Below, in pieces: positions 18,512 to 33,344 of a stretch of 64,000 nucleotides of DNA (its first letter is position 1; the number at the start of each line of letters is the position of its first letter). This stretch comes from Pseudomonadota bacterium. GTDB lineage: Bacteria > Pseudomonadota > Gammaproteobacteria > Acidiferrobacterales > Acidiferrobacteraceae. The stretch covers positions 18,291 through 82,290 of the forward strand of contig JAJYDN010000007.1 in NCBI GenBank assembly GCA_021777535.1. The letters run 5' to 3'. Both the position numbers and the translations under genes were made by a program. The notes under the pieces are model-generated. The model ran no database searches and was not told the DNA's origin. It worked only from the letters and a program-made list of their open reading frames with translations.

Positions 18512-19051
18512 ATGAAGGCGCGGACGGGGATCTTTCTGGTAGGGCCGATGGGGGCGGGCAAGTCCACCATCGGCCGTGTGCTGGCCGCGCGGCTTGGCCG
18601 CGAATTCTGGGACTGTGATCACGAGATCGAAAAGCGGACGGGCGCCAGTATCCCTCTCATATTCGCAGTCGAAGGGGAGCCGGGTTTCCGGCGCTGGGAG
18701 AGCCTCGTCCTCGCCGACCTCGCGTCGCACCCGAACATCGTGCTGGCTACCGGGGGCGGCGCGGTGCTCGCTTCCGCCAACCGCGAGGTCCTGAAAACCC
18801 ACGGCTGCGTGGTCTATCTGCAGACCAGTACGGACACGCTCTGGCAGCGGCTGCACCGCGATCGCGGCCGTCCCTTGCTGCAAACCGAAGACCCCCGCGC
18901 GCGCGTCGAAGCGCTGGCCACGGAGCGCGATCCCCTTTACCGCGAAGTGGCCGATCTCATCGTCTCCACCGATCACCGCACGCCACAGGCCGTGGCACGC
19001 ACGATCGCTTTAGGTCTGAGGAATCTCGCACGTGCCCATACTGACGCTTGA
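18512..19051 (+). CDS. aroK: Shikimate kinase
   Basis: Walker [14 protein letters not shown]. Positioned after pilQ. Alternative start at 18491. Confidence 0.9.
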   Translation: MKARTGIFLVGPMGAGKSTIGRVLAARLGREFWDCDHEIEKRTGASIPLIFAVEGEPGFRRWESLVLADLASHPNIVLATGGGAVLASANREVLKTHGCVVYLQTSTDTLWQRLHRDRGRPLLQTEDPRARVEALATERDPLYREVADLIVSTDHRTPQAVARTIALGLRNLARAHTDA

Positions 19052-20114
19052 CCTGCCCCAAGGGGGGTATCCGATCCGTATCGAAGCCGGCGCGCTAAAG
19101 CGCCCCGAGATCCTGCAGGCCGGTGTGGCCGAAAGACGGCGTGTGGCCATCGTCACCAATGATGTGGTCGGGCCGCTGTATCTCGCGCCTGTCCTTGCCG
19201 CCTTCGCCCGCCACGATCCGCTCGTCATCACGCTCCCCGACGGCGAGGCCCAGAAGACACTCTCCACTATCGACACCATCGTCGATCGGCTGCTTGGTGC
19301 CCACTGCGACCGGCAGACGACGCTGATCGCGCTCGGCGGCGGGGTGGTGGGGGACATCACCGGTTTTACGGCCTCCGTGTACCAGCGTGGTGTGCCATTC
19401 ATCCAGATTCCGACCACGCTGCTCGCGCAGGTCGACTCGTCGGTCGGCGGCAAGACCGGCGTGAACCATGTGCGCGGCAAGAATATGATCGGTACGTTCT
19501 ATCAACCGGTGAGCGTCATCATCGACCCCGATACGCTCGCCACCCTGCCGCCTCGGGAGCGCGCCGCAGGCCTTGCCGAGGTCATCAAATACGGTGCCCT
19601 CGGCGACGCCGAATTCTTTGCCTGGCTCGAGGCCCACATGGCCAGCCTCGTGGCGCTCGATGGCGCAAGCCTCGCCTTTGCCATCGAGCGCTCCTGCCGT
19701 GCGAAGGCGGCCGTGGTGATGGCCGACGAGCGTGAGGCGGGCGTCCGCGCGCTCCTCAATTTTGGCCACACGTTCGGCCACGCCATCGAGACCGGTGCCG
19801 GCTACGGCAACTGGCTGCATGGCGAGGCGGTGGGTGTCGGCATGCTCATGGCGGCGGATTTGTCCGTGCGCCTTGGCCTGCTTGCACCGCCCGCTGCGGC
19901 CCGCCTGCAGGCGCTGGTGGCGGCCGCGGGCCTGCCGACGGTGCCGCCACCCCTGTCTGCGGCGTCGTTTCTGGAGCTGATGGCGGTCGACAAGAAGGCC
20001 CAGGGCGGACGTATCCGTTTCGTTTTGCTGCACGGCCTGGGTAGCGCGGAAGTGACCGCCGATGTGCCCATGCCGGCGCTTTCGGCGACGCTGGCACGCT
20101 TTGGCATTTCCTGA
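19032..20114 (+). CDS. aroB: 3-dehydroquinate synthase
   Basis: Motifs [11 protein letters not shown] and [15 protein letters not shown] start overlaps the aroK end by 20 nt. Confidence 0.9.
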   Translation: MPILTLDLPQGGYPIRIEAGALKRPEILQAGVAERRRVAIVTNDVVGPLYLAPVLAAFARHDPLVITLPDGEAQKTLSTIDTIVDRLLGAHCDRQTTLIALGGGVVGDITGFTASVYQRGVPFIQIPTTLLAQVDSSVGGKTGVNHVRGKNMIGTFYQPVSVIIDPDTLATLPPRERAAGLAEVIKYGALGDAEFFAWLEAHMASLVALDGASLAFAIERSCRAKAAVVMADEREAGVRALLNFGHTFGHAIETGAGYGNWLHGEAVGVGMLMAADLSVRLGLLAPPAAARLQALVAAAGLPTVPPPLSAASFLELMAVDKKAQGGRIRFVLLHGLGSAEVTADVPMPALSATLARFGIS

Positions 20115-20169
20115 GCGGGGCCGCCTGGTGCGGCGTCGATGTCAATCCGGTTCGCAAACGCCCCTTTCC

Positions 20170-20669
20170 CCCAAAGCAGAGATGCCCCCTGGCAAGGGGG
20201 TTCAAGGGCGCATGGCGCGGGGAGGGATGGCGGCTTTCCGGCGCGCCTGCGTCATCCACAGCCCTGCGTCCCGCATCCACTGGCGCAGGGTCGCCGCCGA
20301 CAGGACGCCGCGATGGCGTTCGGCGAATCTTTCTGCCGCTCATGCGGGTCCGAAGCTTGTACCCAGGCCAGACTCTCGTGCCGCCGTTTTGGCGCGAAGG
20401 CATTGTGGGGGCGCCTCCCGCGCCCACGGGACACCAGGCCCTGGGCGCCCGCGCCCCGAAAGCGCCGCGGGCCGTCCGATCTGGCGTACATCAGGGCCCA
20501 GCCGCCCCGCCGCTTCCCGCGGCCGGATCTGCCCGCCACCCGTCTGCTGCCGCACACCGGCCCGATCCACCTCTTTCCGGCTCATCGTCAGATCCCCTCC
20601 ATCCACGCGCCCCCTTCCACCCAAAGGGGACATTTTAGAATTGCCCGGAGGGGGCATTACTGCTTTGGG
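20170..20669 (-). mobile_element. Decayed, internally deleted insertion-sequence relic bounded by about 27-bp imperfect inverted repeats
   Basis: Left end cccaaagcagagatgccccctggcaa (20170-20195) matches the reverse complement of the right end ttgcccggagggggcattactgctttggg (20641-20669): 10 matches, 2 mismatches, 9 matches, then gcaa after an indel. The interior holds only the 5' part of a transposase gene. Confidence 0.6.
20202..20585 (-). pseudogene. Transposase N-terminal (HTH) fragment with two frameshifts and an in-frame TGA
   Basis: Minus-strand translation gives MSRKEVDRAGVRQQ..IRPREAAGRLG..VRQI, then (frame +1) RRFRGAGAQGLVSRGRGRRPHNAFAPKRRHESLAWV, then (back in frame) SFGPA*AAERFAERHRGVLSAATLRQWMRDAGLWMTQARRKA. 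This matches the N-terminal pattern of HTH + rve-type (ISNCY/IS481-like) transposases. It ends at the left inverted repeat, and the catalytic domain is absent. Confidence 0.6.
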
Positions 20670-20690
20670 CCAACACCCGCGCGGCCTTCA

Positions 20691-20719
20691 TTGAACCCGA
20701 GGTTTCTTCAAAGTATACT
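20691..20719 (+). promoter_or_regulatory. Candidate sigma-70 promoter of gltBD
   Basis: TTGAAC (20691-20696), 17 nt spacer, TATACT (20714-20719), about 30 nt upstream of the gltB start. Confidence 0.5.
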
Positions 20720-20745
20720 CTGATCCCTTTTTTCCTCGGCCCTAA

Positions 20746-27673
<6,928 letters not shown>

Positions 27674-27725
27674 GGCGGCGCGATCGCAGTCCATTATTTC
27701 AGAATTTTCTGATACAAAGCGGGGG

Positions 27726-27734
27726 TTATGCACA
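27726..27734 (+). promoter_or_regulatory. DnaA-box-like nonamer TTATGCACA (8/9 to TTATCCACA)
   Basis: Read directly from the sequence. Lies in the AT-rich hemE-priA spacer. Confidence 0.35.
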
Positions 27735-27915
27735 ATGAGTGTGCTTGTCAATACCTCGCGGGCCCGCTCGGCCACATGCCTCTCACCTTTCCCTGCGCTA
27801 TTCGCAACACCTTGTTTATCAAGCCACTTTTTTTGTAGCCTATTTTTTGGTCAGTTTAAGGGAAAGCCAGCAATCAGGCCAACGGCAGAGCTCTTCCCGG
27901 AGCTTCTCAACAGAG

Positions 27916-27938
27916 TTATCCACAGATATTGTGGGTAA
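27916..27938. promoter_or_regulatory. Convergent DnaA-box pair TTATCCACA-gatat-TGTGGGTAA
   Basis: 27916-27924 is a perfect 9/9 consensus DnaA box. 27930-27938 is the reverse complement of TTACCCACA (8/9). Together they form a 23-bp near-palindrome about 75 nt upstream of the priA ATG. Confidence 0.45.
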
Positions 27939-28011
27939 CGGGCAATCGGCTTATGGGACAAACCGTTAGCGGCGTTTTCACCAAAATTCCTTGGTCTGGC
28001 GGCCGCGGACC

Positions 28012-30186
28012 ATGACGCATTCCGGGCGATCCATCGTGGTGCATGTGGCTCTGCCGCTGCCTCTTCCGCGGCTCTTTGCCTATCGGACGACGGCGCCGCT
28101 TCCGCCCGGCGTGCGCGTACGCGTACCCTTCGGTGCCCGCCTGCTGACGGGGCTCGTGATGCCTGCGCCGGATGATGAAGCGGAGCGGGTGTTGCGCGAC
28201 ATCGCGGAGGTGATCGATTCACTCCCGCTCTTTGATGTGGACTATCTGGCGTTTCTGGCCTTCGTGGCCGACTACTATCACCATCCTGTCGGTGAAGTCG
28301 TGTTTTCGGCGTTGCCGCCATCCTTCAAACAGGGCAGGGTGCGTGGAGACCTTCCGCGCGGATTGGCGTTGACCGCCGCCGGCAAGGCCTTCGATCCGGC
28401 CCTCTTTGGCCGTGCCGAACGCAAGCGCCGTCTGTGGGCTGCGATCGGGGCGCATCCTGTCCTGCCGCCGGCGGCCATCGCGGGCCTGGGCAAGGGTTTT
28501 GCGCGGACGGTCAAGGAATTGATGGCGGCGGGTCTCGTCGAGCGGGCGGCGTTGCCGGCGGTCTGGGCTGACGCCGCAGCGGGGCCCCCCTTGCGGGACG
28601 ATCAGCGCGTGGCGGTGGAACGTATTGGCGCCACAAGCGGTTTTGCACCTTTCCTGCTGTTTGGTGTGACGGGAAGCGGCAAGACGGAGGTGTATCTGCA
28701 CAGTATCGAGGCGGTCGTCCGGCAGGGCCGCCAGGCGCTGGTGCTGGTGCCGGAAATCGGTCTTACGCCGCAGCTTGTCGAGCGGTTTGCGCGCAGGCTG
28801 GGCCTGGCCCCGGGCGTGCTGCATTCGGGTTGTACGCCAGGCGAACGCGCCCGGGTCTGGGAGGCGGCGCAGGATGGGCGCATGCCGGTCATTGTCGGCA
28901 CGCGCTCGGCCGTGTTCGTTCCGCTGAAAGCCCTGGGGCTGATCGTGGTCGACGAGGAGCATGATGCGTCCTTCAAGCAGCAAGACGGCTTTCGCTATCA
29001 CGCCCGCGACATCGCGGTCCTGCGCGCCAAACGGGCGGGCGTGCCCGTGTTGCTCGGGTCGGCTACGCCTTCTCTGGAAAGCTACCGGCATGCCCGTGAC
29101 GGCCGCTACACATTGTTGCGCCTGCCGCACAGGGGGAGCGGCCGTGCCCAGCCCGCCATGCGCCTTGTCGATCTCGGTAGGGAGCCTGTGGCCGACGGCC
29201 TGTCACCCTCCCTGGTGAAGGCGCTCGCGGTCCGGCTCGATCGCGGCGAGCAGGCGCTGCTGTTTTTGAACCGCCGTGGTTTTGCGCCGGTTCTTTTTTG
29301 TCCGGAGTGCCGCTGGCACGCCCCCTGCGACCGCTGCGACGCGCGCCTTACGGTGCATCTGGCGCGCAAACAGCTGCGTTGCCACCATTGCGGGCGCGAG
29401 CGCCCCTTGCCGTCCACGTGCCCGCAGTGCGGCCATGCGCGCCTCGTGCGCCTGGGCGAGGGCACCGAGCGTATCGAGGACGCGCTGCGGCGGCAGTTTC
29501 CCGCTGCGCGCATCGCGCGTGTCGACCGGGATTCGATGGCGACGCGGGCGGCGTTCGCCGAGGTCGTGCGGCGGGTCCACGACGGTGAGGTGGACATCCT
29601 CGTGGGCACCCAGATGCTGGCGAAGGGTCACGATTTTCCGCGCCTCACCCTGGCCGCCGTCATCAACGCCGATCAGGGCTTCTATGGCAGTGATTTCCGT
29701 GCGGACGAACAGCTGTTCGCGCAAATCGTGCAGGTGGCAGGCCGTTCGGGCCGCGCCGAGTTGGCCGGCGAGGTGTTGATCCAGACGCATCACCCGGGCC
29801 ACCCCCTGTGGCAGCCGCTGTTGCGCCTGGATTACGAGGCCTTCGCCGGTCTGGCGCTGCGTGATCGTGAGATGACAGGCTTCCCGCCCTATATGTTCTG
29901 TGCACTTCTGCGTGCCGAAGCAAAAGATGCAGACGGGGCACAGGCCTTCCTGCGCCAGATTCTCGCCCTGCAACCGTTGCCGCAGGGTCTTATCGCAGGC
30001 GCGATCGTGCCGGCCACCATGGCGCGCCGCGCAGGCTTCTTTCGTGCCCAATGCCTGCTGACCGCCGAGCGCCGGACACTTTTGCATGGGTGGCTGCGCG
30101 ATTGGTTGCCGCAGGTACGCGCCCTCCCGCAGGCGCGCCGTCTGCGGTGGTCTGTCGACATCGATCCCCATTCCCTTTTCTTTTGA
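28012..30186 (+). CDS. priA: Primosomal replication restart helicase PriA
   Basis: Motifs VHVALPLPLPRLFAY, GVTGSGKTEVY, VDEEHD and the Zn-finger Cys pairs CPECRWHAPCDRCDARL...CHHCG...CPQCG. Alternative TTG start at 27991. Confidence 0.95.
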   Translation: MTHSGRSIVVHVALPLPLPRLFAYRTTAPLPPGVRVRVPFGARLLTGLVMPAPDDEAERVLRDIAEVIDSLPLFDVDYLAFLAFVADYYHHPVGEVVFSALPPSFKQGRVRGDLPRGLALTAAGKAFDPALFGRAERKRRLWAAIGAHPVLPPAAIAGLGKGFARTVKELMAAGLVERAALPAVWADAAAGPPLRDDQRVAVERIGATSGFAPFLLFGVTGSGKTEVYLHSIEAVVRQGRQALVLVPEIGLTPQLVERFARRLGLAPGVLHSGCTPGERARVWEAAQDGRMPVIVGTRSAVFVPLKALGLIVVDEEHDASFKQQDGFRYHARDIAVLRAKRAGVPVLLGSATPSLESYRHARDGRYTLLRLPHRGSGRAQPAMRLVDLGREPVADGLSPSLVKALAVRLDRGEQALLFLNRRGFAPVLFCPECRWHAPCDRCDARLTVHLARKQLRCHHCGRERPLPSTCPQCGHARLVRLGEGTERIEDALRRQFPAARIARVDRDSMATRAAFAEVVRRVHDGEVDILVGTQMLAKGHDFPRLTLAAVINADQGFYGSDFRADEQLFAQIVQVAGRSGRAELAGEVLIQTHHPGHPLWQPLLRLDYEAFAGLALRDREMTGFPPYMFCALLRAEAKDADGAQAFLRQILALQPLPQGLIAGAIVPATMARRAGFFRAQCLLTAERRTLLHGWLRDWLPQVRALPQARRLRWSVDIDPHSLFF

Positions 30187-30275
30187 TCGGCGCTTCCTGT
30201 GTGCATCGCCACCGCAGGCGTGCGCACGGAGCGTTCATGTCAGGACGCGGGAAATTCCGGGGACGCGGGTGAAGC

Positions 30276-30309
30276 GGAAACCAGAAGACCCGGGGCGTCG
30301 CCCCGGGTC
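30276..30309 (-). terminator. Terminator hairpin after the porin gene (convergent with priA)
   Basis: Perfect 10-bp stem gacccggggc / gccccgggtc (30287-30309). On the minus strand it is followed by ttctggtttcc. Confidence 0.5.
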
Positions 30310-30317
30310 CGTGCAGG

Positions 30318-31466
30318 CTAGAACGTGACGCCGCTTTCGATCATGCCGCGCACCTGGTTTTGGCCGGCCCCATGGGCGCCAAACAGCGCGTCGGCCGCGC
30401 CGCCAACGACGCGTACATAGGAGACCTCAAGCCGGGTGAAGAACCCCTTGACCGCGTAGGCGGGCGTGAGGGTGAGCGACCAGGCCTGGCTGCCGGGGCC
30501 AAAGCCGAGGATGTTTGCGTTCGCGCTGGTGGAAAGGGCAGAGCCGCTGCTCTTTTCGTACTCGGCGCGGCCCGCGAGCGACCAGACAGGCGTGAAGTGG
30601 TAGTTGGCAAGCAAGGCTGCGGCACCGGCATGTTCCGTGCTCGTGTAGCCGAGCTTCACCGACTTCGGCGAATAGATGTACTGGACGTACGGCGAGACGG
30701 TGAGCGAGCCGTTCTTGTGCGCGTACATCAGGTCGTAGATCTGGCTGTTGTTCAGCACGGTCGGCGTGGCGGGCCCGGACACCAGGCTCCGGTGAAAGCG
30801 GTGATAGAACGACACCGATACCGTGTCGGCCTTGTCCATCGTGAGGCTGGCAAGACCGGTCAGCACATGGTAGCTGCGGGAATAGAAGCCATCGTTCCAC
30901 GAAAGTGATATCGCCACGGGGCCCCTGGCATAGTTGATCTGCACGCCACGATTGACCGCATTTTCGTCATTCCACAGCAGGCCGCGTTCGATGTTTGCGT
31001 TCTGCCAGCTCCACGTGCCCTCCTCGCCGATCAGGGTCGGAAGCTTGCCGGCCTCGATCGAGAACGTGCTGCTCGGCGCGACGGTGATGTAGGCCTCGGG
31101 GGCGACCCCGAAATTGTTGCCCATGATGGTCGTGGTCGGCGTCACGGGCTCGCCCAGGGTCGGGAAGTTGTAAGCGCCCGCCTGGACGTAAAACTGCAGT
31201 ACGCCAGTGTCCTTCTGTACGATCACCTGGGCGTTGTTGATATCAAACCGCGCGGCCCTATCGGCGCCATACGGCGTTTCGCCCGGGGCCGTCTCCGGGT
31301 TGCTTTGCCACGTGCCAACGCCGCTCAGGATGCCTTGCACCGACAGCCTGCCAAGCGGCCCCGCGGAGAAGGTGGTCGGATTCGCAAGCGCGATCGAGGC
31401 GTGCGCCGGTGCGGCAATGGCAAGGCAGACAAGCGTTGCGGGGACAGCAGAGAAAAGTTTGCGCAT
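30318..31466 (-). CDS. Outer-membrane beta-barrel porin-like protein
   Basis: Signal peptide MRKLFSAVPATLVCLAIAAPAHA, alternating beta-strand pattern and a C-terminal ...MIESGVTF (terminal Phe). Confidence 0.7.
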   Translation of the reverse strand: MRKLFSAVPATLVCLAIAAPAHASIALANPTTFSAGPLGRLSVQGILSGVGTWQSNPETAPGETPYGADRAARFDINNAQVIVQKDTGVLQFYVQAGAYNFPTLGEPVTPTTTIMGNNFGVAPEAYITVAPSSTFSIEAGKLPTLIGEEGTWSWQNANIERGLLWNDENAVNRGVQINYARGPVAISLSWNDGFYSRSYHVLTGLASLTMDKADTVSVSFYHRFHRSLVSGPATPTVLNNSQIYDLMYAHKNGSLTVSPYVQYIYSPKSVKLGYTSTEHAGAAALLANYHFTPVWSLAGRAEYEKSSGSALSTSANANILGFGPGSQAWSLTLTPAYAVKGFFTRLEVSYVRVVGGAADALFGAHGAGQNQVRGMIESGVTF

Positions 31467-31743
31467 TGGTCGAATGTCCTCTGTAAGAATGGGTTCATAT
31501 CCCTTTGAGCCCAGCCGTCTGGCCGTCGCGGCGTGCCGCGCGGACAGTTATCGATGCCGGTCCTCATGGCCCGAACGCAGTGCGCCCGGACCCTCCTCGA
31601 TTCCCCAGGTGGAGGCCTTTCCGCTTTACCGATGCGTGGATCCGTCTCCGCACGAAAGGCAGATCGTGCGCGAGGACCTCTTGGTGACCGGTATGCTACA
31701 GGAATTGCCGCGTCCGGTGAACGGCTGTGTCCGCTTTCGGTGC

Positions 31744-31777
31744 GGGCCCCCTGTACCGGTGCGTGCTACGGGGGCCC
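31744..31777. other. Strong GC hairpin in the inter-porin spacer
   Basis: gggccccctgta (31744-31755) pairs with tacgggggccc (31767-31777): 11 bp with one bulge and an 11-nt loop. No U-run on either strand. Confidence 0.5.
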
Positions 31778-31896
31778 ACGGCGGTCCATGGGGCGCAGTC
31801 GCGTCCTTCCCTTTCCCCACCGGACTTCCATTTTCTTCCGTGTGCCTCCTTCGTCTTCGCGTTGTCGCCCGCTCTTGATGCAGGGCCGCGCTTAGG

Positions 31897-31913
31897 TGCA
31901 CCAAGGCGGCACA
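31897..31913. promoter_or_regulatory. Possible NtrC-type enhancer site TGCACCA-agg-CGGCACA
   Basis: The first half-site is 7/7 and the second 4/7 to TGCACCA-N3-TGGTGCA. It is centred about 85 nt upstream of the -24 element at 31987. Confidence 0.25.
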
Positions 31914-31986
31914 GACTTGCAGCACGCAGTTGTCCCTTTTTTTCCGGATGCGCCAAAAAACGGCCACCTGGGCGATTTTTACGATT

Positions 31987-32002
31987 TGGCACCGTTTTTG
32001 CT
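31987..32002 (+). promoter_or_regulatory. Sigma-54 (RpoN) -24/-12 promoter upstream of the porin gene at 32041
   Basis: TGGCACcgtttTTGCT matches TGGCAC-N5-TTGCW with exact GG-N10-GC spacing. It lies 39 nt upstream of the ATG. Confidence 0.6.
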
Positions 32003-32040
32003 CAAGCGTCCTTGAGTCATCCAACAACGGGGAGTTTTCG

Positions 32041-33210
32041 ATGTTCAACAGTCACAGAGGGATTCACAAGGTGTTGCGCCGCGCCATGCTGCTCGCGCTG
32101 GCGGCGGGTGTTGCGCCCGCGTCGTTCGCAGCCACAAACGCGACCACGGTCGACGGACTGAAGATCTCCGGCTATCTCGATCCAACCTATGTCTTCAACC
32201 AGGACCAGCACGTCAGCTCCTTCTTCTTCGCCGATCCGAATGCCGCCTACCGGTACTATCACAGCACCTTCGGCGACGTATACCTCGACATCAACAAGGC
32301 GCTCGCCGACGGCGGCTCGATCGACATCCAGTTGATGCCCACGCGCGGCTATGGCAGTTCCTTTGGGAGCGCGGCGAGCCACAACAGCATCATCAACGCG
32401 GCGGTCCTGACGCTGCCTGTCAACAAGAAGATCGACTTCATCGCGGGCCAGGTCCCGGCCTGGGATGGCTACGAGGCCGAGACTTCGCCGCAGATGCTGA
32501 CCATCACCCACAACCTGCTCTATGACTTCAGTGAACCCGGCTACTTCACCGGTGCTGGCGGCAGCTACACGTCGGGCATGCTCACCGTCCAGGCGCTGCT
32601 TGGCAATTCATGGAACACCAACTACACGGGCTCCAATGCATCCACGAAGGCGCCCACTTTCGAGTACCGGGTATCCCTTGCGCCCTCGAGCGCCTTGAGC
32701 TTCGGCCTGTTCGGCACGGTCGGCAAGAGTGCGACTTTGGTGGGCGGTCCCGAGACGACGCGCATCTACAACGATTTCGACGGCACGTACACACTGGGCG
32801 CTGCCACCTTCAACTGGCAGTTCGATCTGGGCCACCAGACGGATGGCGCGGCCAATGGGGGCAATGCGGCGTGGTATGGAACGTCGCTGCTGGCCAATTA
32901 CCGCTTCACGAAGCTGATTGGCGCGACCTTGCGTTACGACTACCTGAACGATTCACACAATGGCGGCCACATCGCGACCACGGACACGGCGGACGGCTTC
33001 TACGTGCCGGTGACCGCCGCGGGCGTAAGTAATGGACCGATCCGCCAGGCCGTTACCGCGGATCTGCTCCTCTATCCGCTCAAGGACACGATCGTGAAGC
33101 TCGAGTACCGCTACGATCGCGCCAATGGCGCCATGTTCCTGAATACGGCAACCGGGGCCTACAAGAAGGGCGACAACGTGCTGGCCGCGCAGGTCGTGTA
33201 TTCCTTCTAG
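32041..33210 (+). CDS. Outer-membrane beta-barrel porin-like protein
   Basis: GGGGAG SD before ATG 32041. Signal peptide LRRAMLLALAAGVAPASFA. LKISGYLDPTYVFNQ near the N-terminus and C-terminal ...AAQVVYSF. Confidence 0.7.
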   Translation: MFNSHRGIHKVLRRAMLLALAAGVAPASFAATNATTVDGLKISGYLDPTYVFNQDQHVSSFFFADPNAAYRYYHSTFGDVYLDINKALADGGSIDIQLMPTRGYGSSFGSAASHNSIINAAVLTLPVNKKIDFIAGQVPAWDGYEAETSPQMLTITHNLLYDFSEPGYFTGAGGSYTSGMLTVQALLGNSWNTNYTGSNASTKAPTFEYRVSLAPSSALSFGLFGTVGKSATLVGGPETTRIYNDFDGTYTLGAATFNWQFDLGHQTDGAANGGNAAWYGTSLLANYRFTKLIGATLRYDYLNDSHNGGHIATTDTADGFYVPVTAAGVSNGPIRQAVTADLLLYPLKDTIVKLEYRYDRANGAMFLNTATGAYKKGDNVLAAQVVYSF

Positions 33211-33249
33211 GAAGGCGTCAGGAAGAAGTGCCCACGGATGGGCAATCCC

Positions 33250-33285
33250 GTCCCACCCAAACCCGGGTGGGACTTTTTTGTTTTC
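33250..33285 (+). terminator. Rho-independent terminator of the porin gene
   Basis: gtcccaccc (33250-33258) pairs with gggtgggac (33265-33273), followed by ttttttgtttt. Confidence 0.8.
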
Positions 33286-33344
33286 CTCGCGGCCTGTCCG
33301 TCCCCGTCCGGCCGCAGCTCCCCCTTGCAGGCACTCCGCCGCCG

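Noticed and set aside
15941-18976. 1011-aa ORF on the minus strand
   Set aside because: It is antisense to pilQ and aroK, which carry clear secretin and P-loop motifs. The translation is Arg/Gly/Ala/Pro/His-rich with no recognisable motif, as expected for an open antisense frame in GC-rich DNA.
20062-20723. Plus-strand ORFs of 194-210 aa in the aroB-gltB spacer
   Set aside because: They are Arg/Pro/Ala-rich with no motifs. The region is better explained by the decayed transposase fragment on the opposite strand.
27674-27990. Chromosomal origin (oriC), or an rpmE gene, in the hemE-priA spacer
   Set aside because: oriC: genes on both sides run in the same direction, only three boxes are present, and no clear 13-mer-type unwinding repeats were seen, so it is reported only as a DnaA-box cluster. 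rpmE is divergent from priA in E. coli and Pseudomonas, but translating the minus strand here gives no L31-like ORF.
31680-31835. Cobalamin riboswitch
   Set aside because: It has a partial core resemblance only, with no acceptable B12 box (AGTCGCGTCCTTCC and CACCGGACTTCC are poor matches). It lies upstream of the predicted sigma-54 promoter, and the downstream gene is not a B12-related transporter. It is kept only as a suggestion for a cmsearch run.
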